DNA of 40,991 nucleotides from a virus (lineage: Duplodnaviria; Caudoviricetes), in IMG/VR virus record IMGVR_UViG_3300044698_000201, positions 1-40,991 of that record, one strand, 5' to 3'. Positions 1 to 10,118 of the stretch are shown here, one piece after another. The notes beneath the pieces were generated by a model. That model worked only from the letters and a program-made list of their open reading frames with translations. It ran no database searches and was not told the DNA's origin. Each line of letters starts with the position of its first letter. Within the stretch, counting starts at the first letter, position 1. A program made the translations under genes and the position numbers.

Positions 1-8
1 CGCCTCGA

Positions 9-85
9 TGTAAGCGCGCATTTTGTTTGAAACTTTTATGCACTTGGTTTGAAACGTTCAAAATGCGGCGACTTTGGAAAGCGTT
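9..85. repeat. Phage end (tail side) with putative transposase-binding sites
   Basis: TG terminus; TTTGAAAC at 26-33 and 48-55, TTTGGAAA at 73-80; ATGCACTTGGTTTG (38-51) recurs inverted at 40826-40839; AT-rich against a high-GC genome. Confidence 0.8.
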
Positions 86-3000
86 TCAGACCCGTTTGAT
101 TGCGAACCAGTGCCCCGCGAGGGCTGACGCCAGGGTTGTGGTGCCAGCAACGATCTGGACCTGTAGCTCGTAGTAGTCCCCGGCCGTGGCCGAATCCAGG
201 CCGACGACCTGCAGGACTCGACCATGGAGTGAGCCAGCGTTGAAAGCGAAGAAACCCACGACGGTTGTGCCGTTTTTGAGGATTCTAACGTACCGACCAG
301 CGTTTACTCCGCCGTGCTCTACCTGACCTGCGAGCTCGTAGCGGCCGGCCATTCCTGTTGGGACAGTCAGTCGTGATGGGTTGGTCACATTGTCGTGGAA
401 GGCCTCATCATCCCAGGATTCGGTCGTGAACGAGAGGGTCACCCACGTTACGTTTGGGAGTGACGTCGTTGCATCGGTCGACGTGACCTTGCAGCTGGCA
501 CGTTTCACGACCTCGTCGCTCGAGGCGAGCGCACCACCGCCGCCCCAGCTGATGGCGCCGCCGAAATCCACGCCGCCGACCGATGTGACATCGAGAATGA
601 CGTCCAGTCCTCCGGGAGAGAGGATGCGCATATCACGAGCCGTGCCGGTGGGCAGACGCATCATGAGACCGTGAGTGTCATTGCGGCACATCTGGCCGGT
701 GAGTGCCGAGGCGGTACCGCCGAATTCGAGCCGTTGATTTTGGAGCTTCTGGGTGCCACCAGTGAACGTGTTCGCGGCGTCCAGTAGTGGCACGTTCGCC
801 GATAGCCGCGCGTCAGGCAACGTGCCAGTGACCGCGTTCGCGCCGGCGAGATTCACGGCACCGAACCCGAGCGCAGTGCCGCTGCGTCGCAGGACTTGGT
901 GGTCACTGGCGGCAGCGATGTCCGCAGGATCACCCAATGAGTTCGCGGCGCGGCCAAGTACGGACAGGGCGGCGGAGTCGCGTAGTTTCGCGTTCGTCAC
1001 CGCGTTGTTCGCCAGATCCGATGTCCCAATTGCGGCCGAAAGCAGCCTGTAGAACGCGCCGTAGTCACCAGACTCAGCAACCACGTCGCCCGTGCGGCCG
1101 AACACCGAAGAAACACCGCCACCGCTGGTGCCCGCGTACACGCGCCAACGGGAATTCACCTCCTCGTAAAAGATGATGGCGTGCTCCCCCGCCGCTAGGA
1201 CGATATCCACGCCACCGGGGCAGACGAGACGATTGGCAGTGGAGGAACCCACGTTCTGATGCCGCAGAGTCAGAGCTTGGCCGTTGTCATTCCAGACCAC
1301 GAAGACCCTGCCTGCTTCACCGGTGTTGTTGGTCCCGTCCTTGGCGACGATTCCCGTGACCGCCCCTGCAGCGGTGAGCCCGCTGAATCGGATCACCGTC
1401 GCGATCGACGAGATTGTTACGTTGTGATTGTCCCCGTTTGCTAATGTCACCGCACTGAGCCCTTTTGTTAGGAACTCAGGTGCGTATCCAGTAGTGTTAG
1501 GCGCTGCAGAGCTTCCACCCGACTGTGCCACACCCCACGAGATCAATCCATGCAGCGAGCGTGCATGCAGCTGTGACTCCCAGGTTTTAGTGTGGCCCGA
1601 ATCGTTAAGCCCCTCATATGCGAACGAACCGAGGCTCATCGTGTCCACCCGTTTGGCCTCAGGCTTGGCGAGTGCGACAGTTGCGCCGGACGGGTTGTCT
1701 CCTTCGGCCGTCAGAATCGCAACGTCGATCCACGGGAACTGTCCGAGGAATTCGTAGAACTGTAGCTCGGTGATGTTGACGTCGACCGCACTCGAGCCGA
1801 TCTGCCGAACCTTCCAGTGGCGGTGATCACCAGGCGCGCCCCAGCTCGCCACGCGGCGCGCTGGCGAAAAACCCGAGCCGTTCTCGTCCACGAGGTAGGC
1901 CCCGAGCTCACTGAGTTGGATCGTTGCCGCCTGTGTATACCCTGATCCATCATCCGAGTACTCGATCGCGCACGTGACGATCCCTGTACCGGTCGCCGCG
2001 GCGACGAGCTCTCGAAACTCGATTGTGTTCCCGGCCCCAGCGTCGAACTTAACTTCGGACTGGCCGGCGACATTGAAATCAAGCGCGACAGACGCAAAGC
2101 CACCGTCATTGATCGCGGCCAGGTCGACGTTGCCGCAGTTGACGGTTGCCCAGAACGTGTTGTCGTACACCGTGGTCGACCGGTTCGGGATCTCCGTCCA
2201 ACTCGTCGACTGCACGTCCTCGGGGGCATCCTTGTCGTCCACTGCGACACCAGCCGGGTACGGAGGCTGTGCCCGAGGGTCGCCGAAGACGGACTTGATC
2301 GTCGATTCGTCCGCGACGGTTGTGTCGGAGTACCTTGCGGCGTCGTACTCGAGGTACTCGATGTCGTAGGTGTGGTCGGAGTTTCGCGTCACGCCGAGCG
2401 CGCGGAATGCCTGGTTGAGCCCTTTTGCCGCCTGGACAACCGTGATGACGTCGCCTGGTTCGCGTTCCACGGCCGTCGCGCGCTCGGTGCGGGAGAGGAC
2501 GCCGTCGAAGACCAGGTCATTGAGGAGAAAAATCGAGAGGCGCTTCGCCTGGCTGCGCTTGTGGATGCCCCAGATCTTGTGAGTCACCGTGACCGGGTCC
2601 TCGTCGCCTGCGAGGAGTGCCGCGGTCTTTGACTCTTCGAATGCCTCGCGATTGAACCCGTCGCTCTCGTCCGCGAAGTAGACGACGACGTTGTTCGGTT
2701 TTGTGAACGGGTCGTTGCGCCGGTCAAACTGGTATCCCTGCCGGAGAAGGTCGCTGTCATTCACACTCGCCGACGGCGATGCCGGGCGGTCGAGGAAGAG
2801 GCGCAGCTGCTGGCCGTCCCACCACGGGTGCCCGTTCCCGGCGATGTCGAACTCGGCGAGCCAGTCCTCTACCGACGCGTCATCGGTGATGAGTGGATGG
2901 TATTCGTACCGCTTCGCTCCGTCACCCATCACCTCGTCGGCCGTGGTCGCTGCTGCCGCCCAGTCCGACGTCAGGAGGGCCGCCTCCGGAAGTGCCTGGC

Positions 3001-3598
3001 CAGCCGGATCCCGGCGGTAATCGTAGTTCTGCACCCACAGGTTCGTCGAGTACGCAATCGGGTTGGTGAGGTTCCCGGGGTCCAGGCAGCGGCGGCCCTT
3101 GAACCGCCACTTCATGTTGGGCATCGACTGCCACAGCACACCGAACGCGCGGAGTTTCAGGATGCCATACGTGACGTTGTCGAGCGTCTCGTTCCAGCTC
3201 GGCAGCACGGTCGCGAGATTCGGGTCGGCCGTCTGCCCGGGAGCCCCGCGATAGAACCAGTACTGCGCATAGGTCGACGTCCAGCTCGAGACGGGGCGGT
3301 CGTTGAGGAGAAGCTCGCCCCACTCACCGTCCGTCTCGCCCCAGCCGAGCGGCACCACGAGCCAGAGCTGGTCATCCGGCGCGTGCCGGTAGGCGAACAT
3401 GACCTGACCGCCGAGCTGCTGCTTGCCGTAGGGCATGTCGACGTTGCCCGTCACTCCCGCGAGCGTGATCGTCCGGTCACGCTTCGGCTCGGTCCGCGGG
3501 ACCGGCCGGTATGGATCCTCGGGCCCCGGCGGCGTGTAGACGGGCGGCGGATAGTCGTAGACCGGATCCGGCCGCACCCCTCGCTTCCGCGTTGCCAT
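86..3598 (-). CDS. Tail tip/host-specificity protein with fused fibre and C1q-like C-terminal receptor-binding domain (1170 aa)
   Basis: ATG 3598 overlaps upstream TGA (TGATG); N-terminal half resembles GpJ-type tail tip proteins (VDMPYG, GRRCLDP..YSTN, EPGDVI, YLEYDAARY); discoidin-like middle; fibre motifs VSSVFGRTGDV and LANNAVTNAKL; C-terminal SRLTVP..GRY..ILKNGT..AGDYYELQV. Confidence 0.8.
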   Translation of the reverse strand: MATRKRGVRPDPVYDYPPPVYTPPGPEDPYRPVPRTEPKRDRTITLAGVTGNVDMPYGKQQLGGQVMFAYRHAPDDQLWLVVPLGWGETDGEWGELLLNDRPVSSWTSTYAQYWFYRGAPGQTADPNLATVLPSWNETLDNVTYGILKLRAFGVLWQSMPNMKWRFKGRRCLDPGNLTNPIAYSTNLWVQNYDYRRDPAGQALPEAALLTSDWAAAATTADEVMGDGAKRYEYHPLITDDASVEDWLAEFDIAGNGHPWWDGQQLRLFLDRPASPSASVNDSDLLRQGYQFDRRNDPFTKPNNVVVYFADESDGFNREAFEESKTAALLAGDEDPVTVTHKIWGIHKRSQAKRLSIFLLNDLVFDGVLSRTERATAVEREPGDVITVVQAAKGLNQAFRALGVTRNSDHTYDIEYLEYDAARYSDTTVADESTIKSVFGDPRAQPPYPAGVAVDDKDAPEDVQSTSWTEIPNRSTTVYDNTFWATVNCGNVDLAAINDGGFASVALDFNVAGQSEVKFDAGAGNTIEFRELVAAATGTGIVTCAIEYSDDGSGYTQAATIQLSELGAYLVDENGSGFSPARRVASWGAPGDHRHWKVRQIGSSAVDVNITELQFYEFLGQFPWIDVAILTAEGDNPSGATVALAKPEAKRVDTMSLGSFAYEGLNDSGHTKTWESQLHARSLHGLISWGVAQSGGSSAAPNTTGYAPEFLTKGLSAVTLANGDNHNVTISSIATVIRFSGLTAAGAVTGIVAKDGTNNTGEAGRVFVVWNDNGQALTLRHQNVGSSTANRLVCPGGVDIVLAAGEHAIIFYEEVNSRWRVYAGTSGGGVSSVFGRTGDVVAESGDYGAFYRLLSAAIGTSDLANNAVTNAKLRDSAALSVLGRAANSLGDPADIAAASDHQVLRRSGTALGFGAVNLAGANAVTGTLPDARLSANVPLLDAANTFTGGTQKLQNQRLEFGGTASALTGQMCRNDTHGLMMRLPTGTARDMRILSPGGLDVILDVTSVGGVDFGGAISWGGGGALASSDEVVKRASCKVTSTDATTSLPNVTWVTLSFTTESWDDEAFHDNVTNPSRLTVPTGMAGRYELAGQVEHGGVNAGRYVRILKNGTTVVGFFAFNAGSLHGRVLQVVGLDSATAGDYYELQVQIVAGTTTLASALAGHWFAIKRV

Positions 3599-4170
3599 CA
3601 GCTCGGATCCTCGATCAGCCCAACGGCCCATTGCCAGAGGTCGGCCTCGTTGTTGCCGGGCGAGGGGGACGCGAACTCATACCAGACCTTCGGGAACCAG
3701 CGTCTGCCTGACAGCCAGCTCGTCGTCACCGCAACGCCGTTGCCGGGCGCGACGGTGAACGTGACCCGGTCCTTGCCGCCGCTGCCAGCCCCAGCCGCGA
3801 AGGTGTAGCCCGCTTCGGGTACACCCGCCAGGAGCATCGTGAGATCAGCCGAGTCGATCGACTTGCCCGGCAAATCGAAGATGGTCTCGACGCCGTCACC
3901 GGTGCCGACAGCGAGCCCCGTCCAACGGGACCACCAGCCGTCGAACATCGCGAAGTGCGTGTGCTTGTAGAGATTCCAGTGCGCCTCGAGCAGATATTGC
4001 TCCGTCTGATAGGCATTGATCGCCCAGTCGGCGCGCCAGCGGTAGCGCTGCGAGGCGAGCCCCGGGAGCGCGAAGGCCTGAATACCACCGTCCTCGAGGT
4101 CGGTGCGGTTGCCGAGGGGCTCCGGCGTGCGCACCCAGCGGCCGCCTGCGACGTCAGGAAAGAGACTCAT
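3598..4170 (-). CDS. Distal tail protein, DUF2460-like (190 aa)
   Basis: ATG 4170 coupled to upstream stop (ATGA); GTGDGVETIFDL and VTFTVAPGNGVAVT resemble DUF2460/GTA-type Dit; lies in the tail-tip cluster. Confidence 0.7.
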   Translation of the reverse strand: MSLFPDVAGGRWVRTPEPLGNRTDLEDGGIQAFALPGLASQRYRWRADWAINAYQTEQYLLEAHWNLYKHTHFAMFDGWWSRWTGLAVGTGDGVETIFDLPGKSIDSADLTMLLAGVPEAGYTFAAGAGSGGKDRVTFTVAPGNGVAVTTSWLSGRRWFPKVWYEFASPSPGNNEADLWQWAVGLIEDPS

Positions 4171-4664
4171 CCGCCCACCTCGATCTTCGTTCCGGGCGCC
4201 AGCGGCGCGTGATCGCTCATGAGGCCCGCGTAGGAGACGTTGGTCCCCTTGCCGCGGCGGCCCAACTTTTGGCCGCACTCGATCGCGACCGAGAGCGCGT
4301 CGAATCGCCCGCGACCCGTGAGCCCGGCGAAGTAAGGCTCGAGGACGAATGCCGAGCCATTCCACCACGCGCGCTTGATCGTCACGGGCTGCTTCACATT
4401 GGCCGAGTCGAGCGGCAGCCAGGTCATCGACGCGTCCGCATCCGCGAACGTCACCTCGCAGACCGACTTCTCGCCGCCAGGAGCCCACCGGATCGCGCTG
4501 ACCGCGAGACCCTCGTAGTACGCGTAGACATCGCCTCCGTCTGTATAACCCTCGCGGTAATTCGTGGCGAGGACGGTGGAAGACACCTCGAGCTTGACGA
4601 GCCAGATTGTCTCGATCGTCTGCGCGGCGGCGAGAGGCGGAATCGCTGGGTCCAGTGGTGGCAT
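4167..4664 (-). CDS. Minor tail protein, putative hub/gpL-like (165 aa)
   Basis: Position directly after the tape measure gene; beta-rich; VTIKRAW..YFAG pattern. Confidence 0.55.
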   Translation of the reverse strand: MPPLDPAIPPLAAAQTIETIWLVKLEVSSTVLATNYREGYTDGGDVYAYYEGLAVSAIRWAPGGEKSVCEVTFADADASMTWLPLDSANVKQPVTIKRAWWNGSAFVLEPYFAGLTGRGRFDALSVAIECGQKLGRRGKGTNVSYAGLMSDHAPLAPGTKIEVGG

Positions 4665-4685
4665 GTCTCGAAAAGGGTCTCCTCG

Positions 4686-7600
4686 TCAGGCGTCGTAGCC
4701 AGGATCGATGCTCCGGGGGTTGTCGCGGATCGTCGCGATCGTCGTCCGCGCCACCTCGACGCCCCACTGGCGCATGAGGTCAGAGCCGGGCCCCGTGAGC
4801 TCGACCTGGACATTCACATTCATGTTGCCGCCGCCCCTTCGCAGTGCGGCGGACTCGCGCGCGGTCAAGACCGACTCGCCGCGGTGCAGCGAGGCGACGT
4901 AACCATCATACGGTACGTAGTCAAGCCCCCCAGCGAGCTGCGGGAGAGTTGTGGGGCTCGTGCCGGGAGCATAGGAAACCGGCATCTTGAATCCACCACC
5001 GAACTGGGCGAGCTGGTCCAGCATCTCCTGGACGCGTCGCGCGACGTCGTAGCTCGAGTCAACGGCGTGGTCGGACGAGGCGAGGATCGCGCGCGCGAAG
5101 TGTTGCGCGGCAAGGGCCGCCGCGTCGAACGACGCGGGGATCGTATCGACTGACGACGTCGCGAAGTTGATCGCGTTCGTGAATCCATCGATGTCCGGGG
5201 CATCCGGTTGAAGTGGGAAGCCAGGGCGCCCAACGCCACCGCCACCGCCGCCCGGCCAAGGAACAAAATTCGCCGACGCCTCGAGCAGCGCCTTCGCGGC
5301 CTCGTCGAGGAGACTGAACGCTTTCATTTGCTGCTCGACCACCTGATCCCGAGCGTCTTCGAAGCCTGTGGCGCCGAGCCCGAGAGCCTCACGCTTGATC
5401 GTTTCGAGCCAGTCGACGATGCCTGACAGGTCGAACCCTTCGGTCTGCCCCAGTCCGAAGACCTGCTCCATGTAGCGCTGAAGCACCGACCCGAGTCGTG
5501 AGATCTCGGCGTCATCCCCGCGCGCACTCGCCGCGGCAAGCGCGCCCATCGTCTGATTGATGCGATCAGTCAGGAAGTTCATCTGTTCCTGTGGACCCAT
5601 CAGCGCCATCTGGAACCGCTCGCTCTGCGCGGCAAATGACTCCTCGAACTGTCGCTGTGCCGCGTCGATCTGCTGCACCCTTTGCAGCATGTTGTCCCAG
5701 ATCTGCTGACCGAGCTGATTCACCTCGCGCATCGCGGCGATCTGGTCGGACGGATCGAGGTCGGGGATCGCCGACGCCAGCCGGTCGAGGTCATTCACCA
5801 TGGTCCGGATGCGCATGATCGGACGCTGGCTGATGAGGTCGACCTGCGCGGCGTTCACGACGTTCGCGCCCGCGAAGAGGTCACTGACGCGAATGCTCTC
5901 GATGACCGTCGTCACGTAATCGCGGATCGCTCCTCGCAGCTCCTCGCCCTTGAGCTGGCCCCACTCGAGGAGTTGCTCTTTGATCCGATCGCCGGAGACG
6001 CCTAACGCGGCGAGCCCTGCAAGGATCGCGCGCTCGAACGACGCGAAGAGCGTCTGGTTCAGCTCTTCCCCGAGGAAGTCCCCGAGCGCGTCGAATGCTC
6101 CTGCGTCCTTGATGTCGCCCACACCCTCGACGACACCGAGAGCATTCAGCGGCTTAACGAGGTCTTTGAGCGCCGCGCGCAGATCCTCTGGAAACAGGTC
6201 AAGGATCGACTGCCAGCTCTTCATCTGGTCGCCGATGTACCGATTGATGTCTCGCTCGAGGCGCTCCCGGCCCTCCTTTGAAAGCCCTTTTTCAGTCACC
6301 GTGGCGACGCCGTCTTCGATCGCCACATTGATCCAGTCGGAGCTCTTCTCGATCGCACCACCGATCGCCGTGCCGATGACAGAGCCGATAACCGCCCCCA
6401 TCTGGGGGTTCCCGAAGAAGTAATACCCGATCGCAGCACCGATTGCCCCACCGATCGAGCCACCCTCGGCCGCGTAATTCCCGGGGCCAAGGAGCGCGGA
6501 GCCAACACCGCCGATAACCGAGCCCCACCCGGCACCGCCGAGCGCGGCGTCGATTCCACCACCGGAGTTGCCTAACGCATCCCACATCGCGCGGAACTGG
6601 CTGATGATCGATTCCTTCCCGGTGGCGGCGCGAGCGATCATGTTCGAGAACATCTTCGCCCACATGGACTGCAGGTCGTCGACGAGGCCCTCGAACGCAC
6701 CCGCAAAGTCGAGATCACCCTCGAAAAGACCTTCGAACAGATCGTCGAGCGCGCCTTGTAAGGCATCGACCGATCCAACGGCGAGGTCCGCCATGTCTTG
6801 GGCCATCGAACCGAGCTTTGCTTTGATGGTCGCGGCGACCTTGTCCGCCCACGCCGCGGTCTTCGGAATGTCCTGGTCTCGCAGCTTCTGAATCTGGTCG
6901 AGCGTGTGCTTCTCGCTGCGCAGCCGCTCGAGCGTGAGCTCGTTGAGGGCCTTCAGCTTGTCCTCAGCCGTCAGCTTGTCGTCGTTTGCGATCGCCTCAC
7001 GTTGTGCATCGAACCATTCCTCGAGCTGCGAGAGTTTCTCCTGCTTTTCTCGCTCGAGCGCGTCCGTGATGAGGTCGAGACGGTCGTCGTTGATCCGCTT
7101 CTGGATGTCGCGCTCCAGCTTGCGGAGACGCTCACCGGATTCGGCGATCGCGCTCTCCTGTATTGCGAGAGCCTTCTGGTCGAAGAACTGGTTGAGGAGG
7201 CCAGTGGCCGCATCTCCACTCGTCGGGAGGGCAAGCCCTTTTAGCTTCTTCAGCCAGTCGTCGAGCTTGTCAAGAGCGGCCTCGCGCGCCTTCTCATTGC
7301 CCGCAAGAGCCTTGGCAACCGGATCGCCGATCGCGTCGGTCTGCCGCTCAAAGTCTTTCAGCCATGCGATGTAGTCGGAGAGCCCTTCCTTCTGCTTGTC
7401 CGTAAGCTCCGCCAAACCTCCGCCAGGTGCCGACCCCGTGAGGCCTGACATCGCGCTCGCGATTGCCTCCTTGACCTGATTCGCGACCGGGAGCGCGCCC
7501 TCGAGAAGCCCGCTGAGAGCCGACGCCATCGACGGCAGCTCCTTGGCCTTCAGCGCCTCGTTGAGAGCGTCACCCGTGACCTCGGCGTCCTGCTCGAGCT

Positions 7601-9032
7601 GCGTGAGCATCTTCGCCCAGGCCGCCTCGGCCGCCGCGGCGTTCTCCCCCGTCTCAGCCTTCCACTGCGCGCTGAGTGTGCTCATCGTGGCCGCGAAATC
7701 CTTCGCCCCAACCTTGTCCGCGAGAAACGCGAGGAATCCGGTGATGTGCTGGCCCGCCGTTGTCAGCACCGCCTGCATCCCCTCGGCGACGACGGTGGAA
7801 AGGTTGAGCACGACGTTGCCAACCTGCATGAGTCCGCCGCCGATTGCGGTCGCCACCCAGCTCGCCCATGCCGCGATCGGCCTGCCGTTGATCTCGACGT
7901 CCTCGAACTGGCGCACCTGTTCCCACGCGGCAGCGATCCCGATGATCCCTACGATGACCATGCCGATCGGGCTGAGGAGCGCGCTGATCGCGGCGCCGAG
8001 TGCGATGATCGCAGCGACGGAGGTGCCGAGCGCCGCGATGTCGGCGAGGAGCTCACGGTTATTGGAGATCCACTCGCCTGTCGTATCGATCACGCGGTCG
8101 ATCCCGCCCACGATTCGTCCGACCACCGACCCAATCGTGTCGGCATTCGCGGAGAACCATGTACCGATCGCGAGGATCTTCGGTTTGAGCCCCGCGAAGA
8201 GAGGCTCGAACGCCCGCGCGAGGGCGGAATCGATGACCTCCATGACGTTGACGATTGTGCCGCGCAGGGTCTTCGCCTGCTCGGCTGCAGCGATGCCGTA
8301 GGCCTCGGTGCGCTGCAGGATCTCCTCATACAGCTTTCCCTCGCGAATCAGCTCCTTGATCTGGGCTCCCGTGAAGCCTAACCGCTTCGCGATGAGCGCG
8401 TCTTCGTTCACGTCGCCCGAGAAAAGCGCACGAATCTCCTGGGCGAGCTGGTCCATGCGCACGTTCATGGCCGGTGCCGCCTGGACGATGCGGGTCGTGA
8501 CGTCGAGGATCCGGTCGAGGTCGAGCGCGAGACCCGAGGCGCGCGCCGTCCCAACGGCCGTGTTGAACGCGTCGGCCAGCTGTGGAATCGTCGCCGAGGT
8601 CTCGAGAGCCGACGCCTCGATCTGCCTCAAGATGCGGTCGCTATCGACCAGCGCGGCCTGATAGGCCTCGCTCGCATCAGCGACCCTGCCCATGGAGTCG
8701 ACGTACTCGAGGTTCGCTGAGAGCGTACCGGCGAGACCAATCCGCTGCTGCTCGAGGTTCTGGGAGTACTCGAACCCGCGGCGGATCGCGAGACCGAGCC
8801 CCGCCGCGCCCGCGAGACCCGCGACCGCGGTTCCGACGCGCGTGAAAAGTCCATCCAGGGGGCCGAGTGCCGCGGCAAGGTTGCGCTGTGCGGCCCCTAG
8901 GACACCCGTCTTGCGCGCGGTCTTCTCGCTCTCGGCGCCGTACCGGGCGAGCTTTGCCGAGGCCTTGTCGATGACGATCGACCCGTCATCGCGGACGCGG
9001 AGCGTCAGGCTGAGGACGCGGTTCTGGCTCAC
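4686..9032 (-). CDS. Tape measure protein (1448 aa)
   Basis: Long Ala/Gly-rich helical ORF with hydrophobic segments and GGAIGAAIG repeats; C-terminal GLDYVPYDGYVASLHRGESVLT motif; follows the tail chaperones. Confidence 0.92.
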   Translation of the reverse strand: MSQNRVLSLTLRVRDDGSIVIDKASAKLARYGAESEKTARKTGVLGAAQRNLAAALGPLDGLFTRVGTAVAGLAGAAGLGLAIRRGFEYSQNLEQQRIGLAGTLSANLEYVDSMGRVADASEAYQAALVDSDRILRQIEASALETSATIPQLADAFNTAVGTARASGLALDLDRILDVTTRIVQAAPAMNVRMDQLAQEIRALFSGDVNEDALIAKRLGFTGAQIKELIREGKLYEEILQRTEAYGIAAAEQAKTLRGTIVNVMEVIDSALARAFEPLFAGLKPKILAIGTWFSANADTIGSVVGRIVGGIDRVIDTTGEWISNNRELLADIAALGTSVAAIIALGAAISALLSPIGMVIVGIIGIAAAWEQVRQFEDVEINGRPIAAWASWVATAIGGGLMQVGNVVLNLSTVVAEGMQAVLTTAGQHITGFLAFLADKVGAKDFAATMSTLSAQWKAETGENAAAAEAAWAKMLTQLEQDAEVTGDALNEALKAKELPSMASALSGLLEGALPVANQVKEAIASAMSGLTGSAPGGGLAELTDKQKEGLSDYIAWLKDFERQTDAIGDPVAKALAGNEKAREAALDKLDDWLKKLKGLALPTSGDAATGLLNQFFDQKALAIQESAIAESGERLRKLERDIQKRINDDRLDLITDALEREKQEKLSQLEEWFDAQREAIANDDKLTAEDKLKALNELTLERLRSEKHTLDQIQKLRDQDIPKTAAWADKVAATIKAKLGSMAQDMADLAVGSVDALQGALDDLFEGLFEGDLDFAGAFEGLVDDLQSMWAKMFSNMIARAATGKESIISQFRAMWDALGNSGGGIDAALGGAGWGSVIGGVGSALLGPGNYAAEGGSIGGAIGAAIGYYFFGNPQMGAVIGSVIGTAIGGAIEKSSDWINVAIEDGVATVTEKGLSKEGRERLERDINRYIGDQMKSWQSILDLFPEDLRAALKDLVKPLNALGVVEGVGDIKDAGAFDALGDFLGEELNQTLFASFERAILAGLAALGVSGDRIKEQLLEWGQLKGEELRGAIRDYVTTVIESIRVSDLFAGANVVNAAQVDLISQRPIMRIRTMVNDLDRLASAIPDLDPSDQIAAMREVNQLGQQIWDNMLQRVQQIDAAQRQFEESFAAQSERFQMALMGPQEQMNFLTDRINQTMGALAAASARGDDAEISRLGSVLQRYMEQVFGLGQTEGFDLSGIVDWLETIKREALGLGATGFEDARDQVVEQQMKAFSLLDEAAKALLEASANFVPWPGGGGGGVGRPGFPLQPDAPDIDGFTNAINFATSSVDTIPASFDAAALAAQHFARAILASSDHAVDSSYDVARRVQEMLDQLAQFGGGFKMPVSYAPGTSPTTLPQLAGGLDYVPYDGYVASLHRGESVLTARESAALRRGGGNMNVNVQVELTGPGSDLMRQWGVEVARTTIATIRDNPRSIDPGYDA

Positions 9033-9420
9033 GTGGAGCCTCCAGCCCGGACGACGTCTTCAGGTTGCGGTTGCAATGCCTGACATACAGGTTCTCCAGC
9101 AAACGGAAGAGCTCGAACGCGTCGCACCGCGCCTCGTCCGGGATTCCGAGCAGGTCCATGTACCACGCCACCGGGCCATGCGCGAGGCCCACGATGCCTC
9201 CGGCTGGTGAGGGAATGCCCTGGCTCTGCGCCATCGCGAAGAGGTCCCACACGGTCTGGTTTCCTGGCCAGAGACCGGGCGGCGGGGACGCCTTCGACGG
9301 GCGTGGTGTGAAGACCTTTCCCCGCCGCGCCGCGAACTCGGCGCGCGTCTGGTCGGAGTGGCGTTTCCGCTCTGCGACCTCCTGCTCTGGGCTCCAGTAC
9401 CATTCCGCGTGGGCTACGAG
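8986..9420 (-). CDS. Tail assembly chaperone 'T' segment (DUF1799-like), reached by -1 frameshift
   Basis: Frame is open from 9420 to stop 8986 (LVAHAEWYW...LWPGNQTVWDLF...GIVGL...FELFRLLE) and begins at the slippery site. Confidence 0.8.
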   Translation of the reverse strand, partial: LVAHAEWYWSPEQEVAERKRHSDQTRAEFAARRGKVFTPRPSKASPPPGLWPGNQTVWDLFAMAQSQGIPSPAGGIVGLAHGPVAWYMDLLGIPDEARCDAFELFRLLENLYVRHCNRNLKTSSGLEAPREPEPRPQPDAPRPR

Positions 9421-10058
9421 TTTTTTGCTCGCGCCATCCCGAGACGCGCGGATTCGTTGATGACCCAGGTCGCGACCATCTCGAACGAATGCGGTTTGAT
9501 GCCCGCGGTCACCGCGAGGCCATCGCGAAACGACTTGGCGTCCAGCCTGTCCCCGATCACTGCGAGCTCGTCCTTGATCTCGGGGTGGCCCGCGAGGAGC
9601 ACGTCATACTCGGCCCGTACCTGGCTCACCGCGACGAGGACACCCTTTCTCGCGCCATCTTCCCGCGCCGCTCGGTTTGCGTCATCGTCGGGCCCGTCGT
9701 CTTCGTAGGTCTGCTCGAGGAGCGCGAGGATGAGCTCCTGCGATGAGGGAATCGGCTCGCCCGTTTCCTCATCGACGATGTCCGAGACGGAGACGACCTT
9801 CCCCGCGGCATACTCGATGAGCTCATCGAGCCGCTTGAGCTGCAGGGCATCGGCCGTCTGCTGATCGAGCGCTTTGGAGGCGTCGTCGTTCACGGCGTCA
9901 TCGTCCGGGACGTCAACACCTTCGTCGCGCATTTTCTGGCGCATCGATGAGCGCCACGCCATGATTTCTTTCGAGCCCGTCGGCCGAATCCTGTACTTCG
10001 CACCGGCCGGGTGCGATACCGGGATTGCCGCGTCAGGCCTGACATAACTCTGTGCCAT
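9414..10058 (-). CDS. Tail assembly chaperone 'G' (214 aa)
   Basis: Between tail tube and TMP; ends GCA AAA AAC TCG TAG. Confidence 0.8.
   Translation of the reverse strand: MAQSYVRPDAAIPVSHPAGAKYRIRPTGSKEIMAWRSSMRQKMRDEGVDVPDDDAVNDDASKALDQQTADALQLKRLDELIEYAAGKVVSVSDIVDEETGEPIPSSQELILALLEQTYEDDGPDDDANRAAREDGARKGVLVAVSQVRAEYDVLLAGHPEIKDELAVIGDRLDAKSFRDGLAVTAGIKPHSFEMVATWVINESARLGMARAKNS
9420..9426 (-). other. Programmed -1 ribosomal frameshift heptamer A AAA AAC
   Basis: X XXY YYZ heptamer in the correct frame just before the G stop; the -1 frame gives a G-T fusion of about 357 aa. Confidence 0.82.
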
Positions 10059-10118
10059 GTTGCTCCCTTTCTGTCTCTCTCGCCGGTTGGGGTGATGGGG
10101 GCGGGGCGCCCCGCAGCC

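Noticed and set aside
86-1200. Invertible tail-fibre segment, gin or mom
   Set aside because: No recombinase, inverted crossover sites or room for mom between the tail gene stop and the end.
9029-9403. 124-aa ORF as the pre-TMP gene
   Set aside because: Low-complexity Arg/Pro frame; the overlapping frame ending at 8986 has the chaperone motifs and connects to the slippery site.
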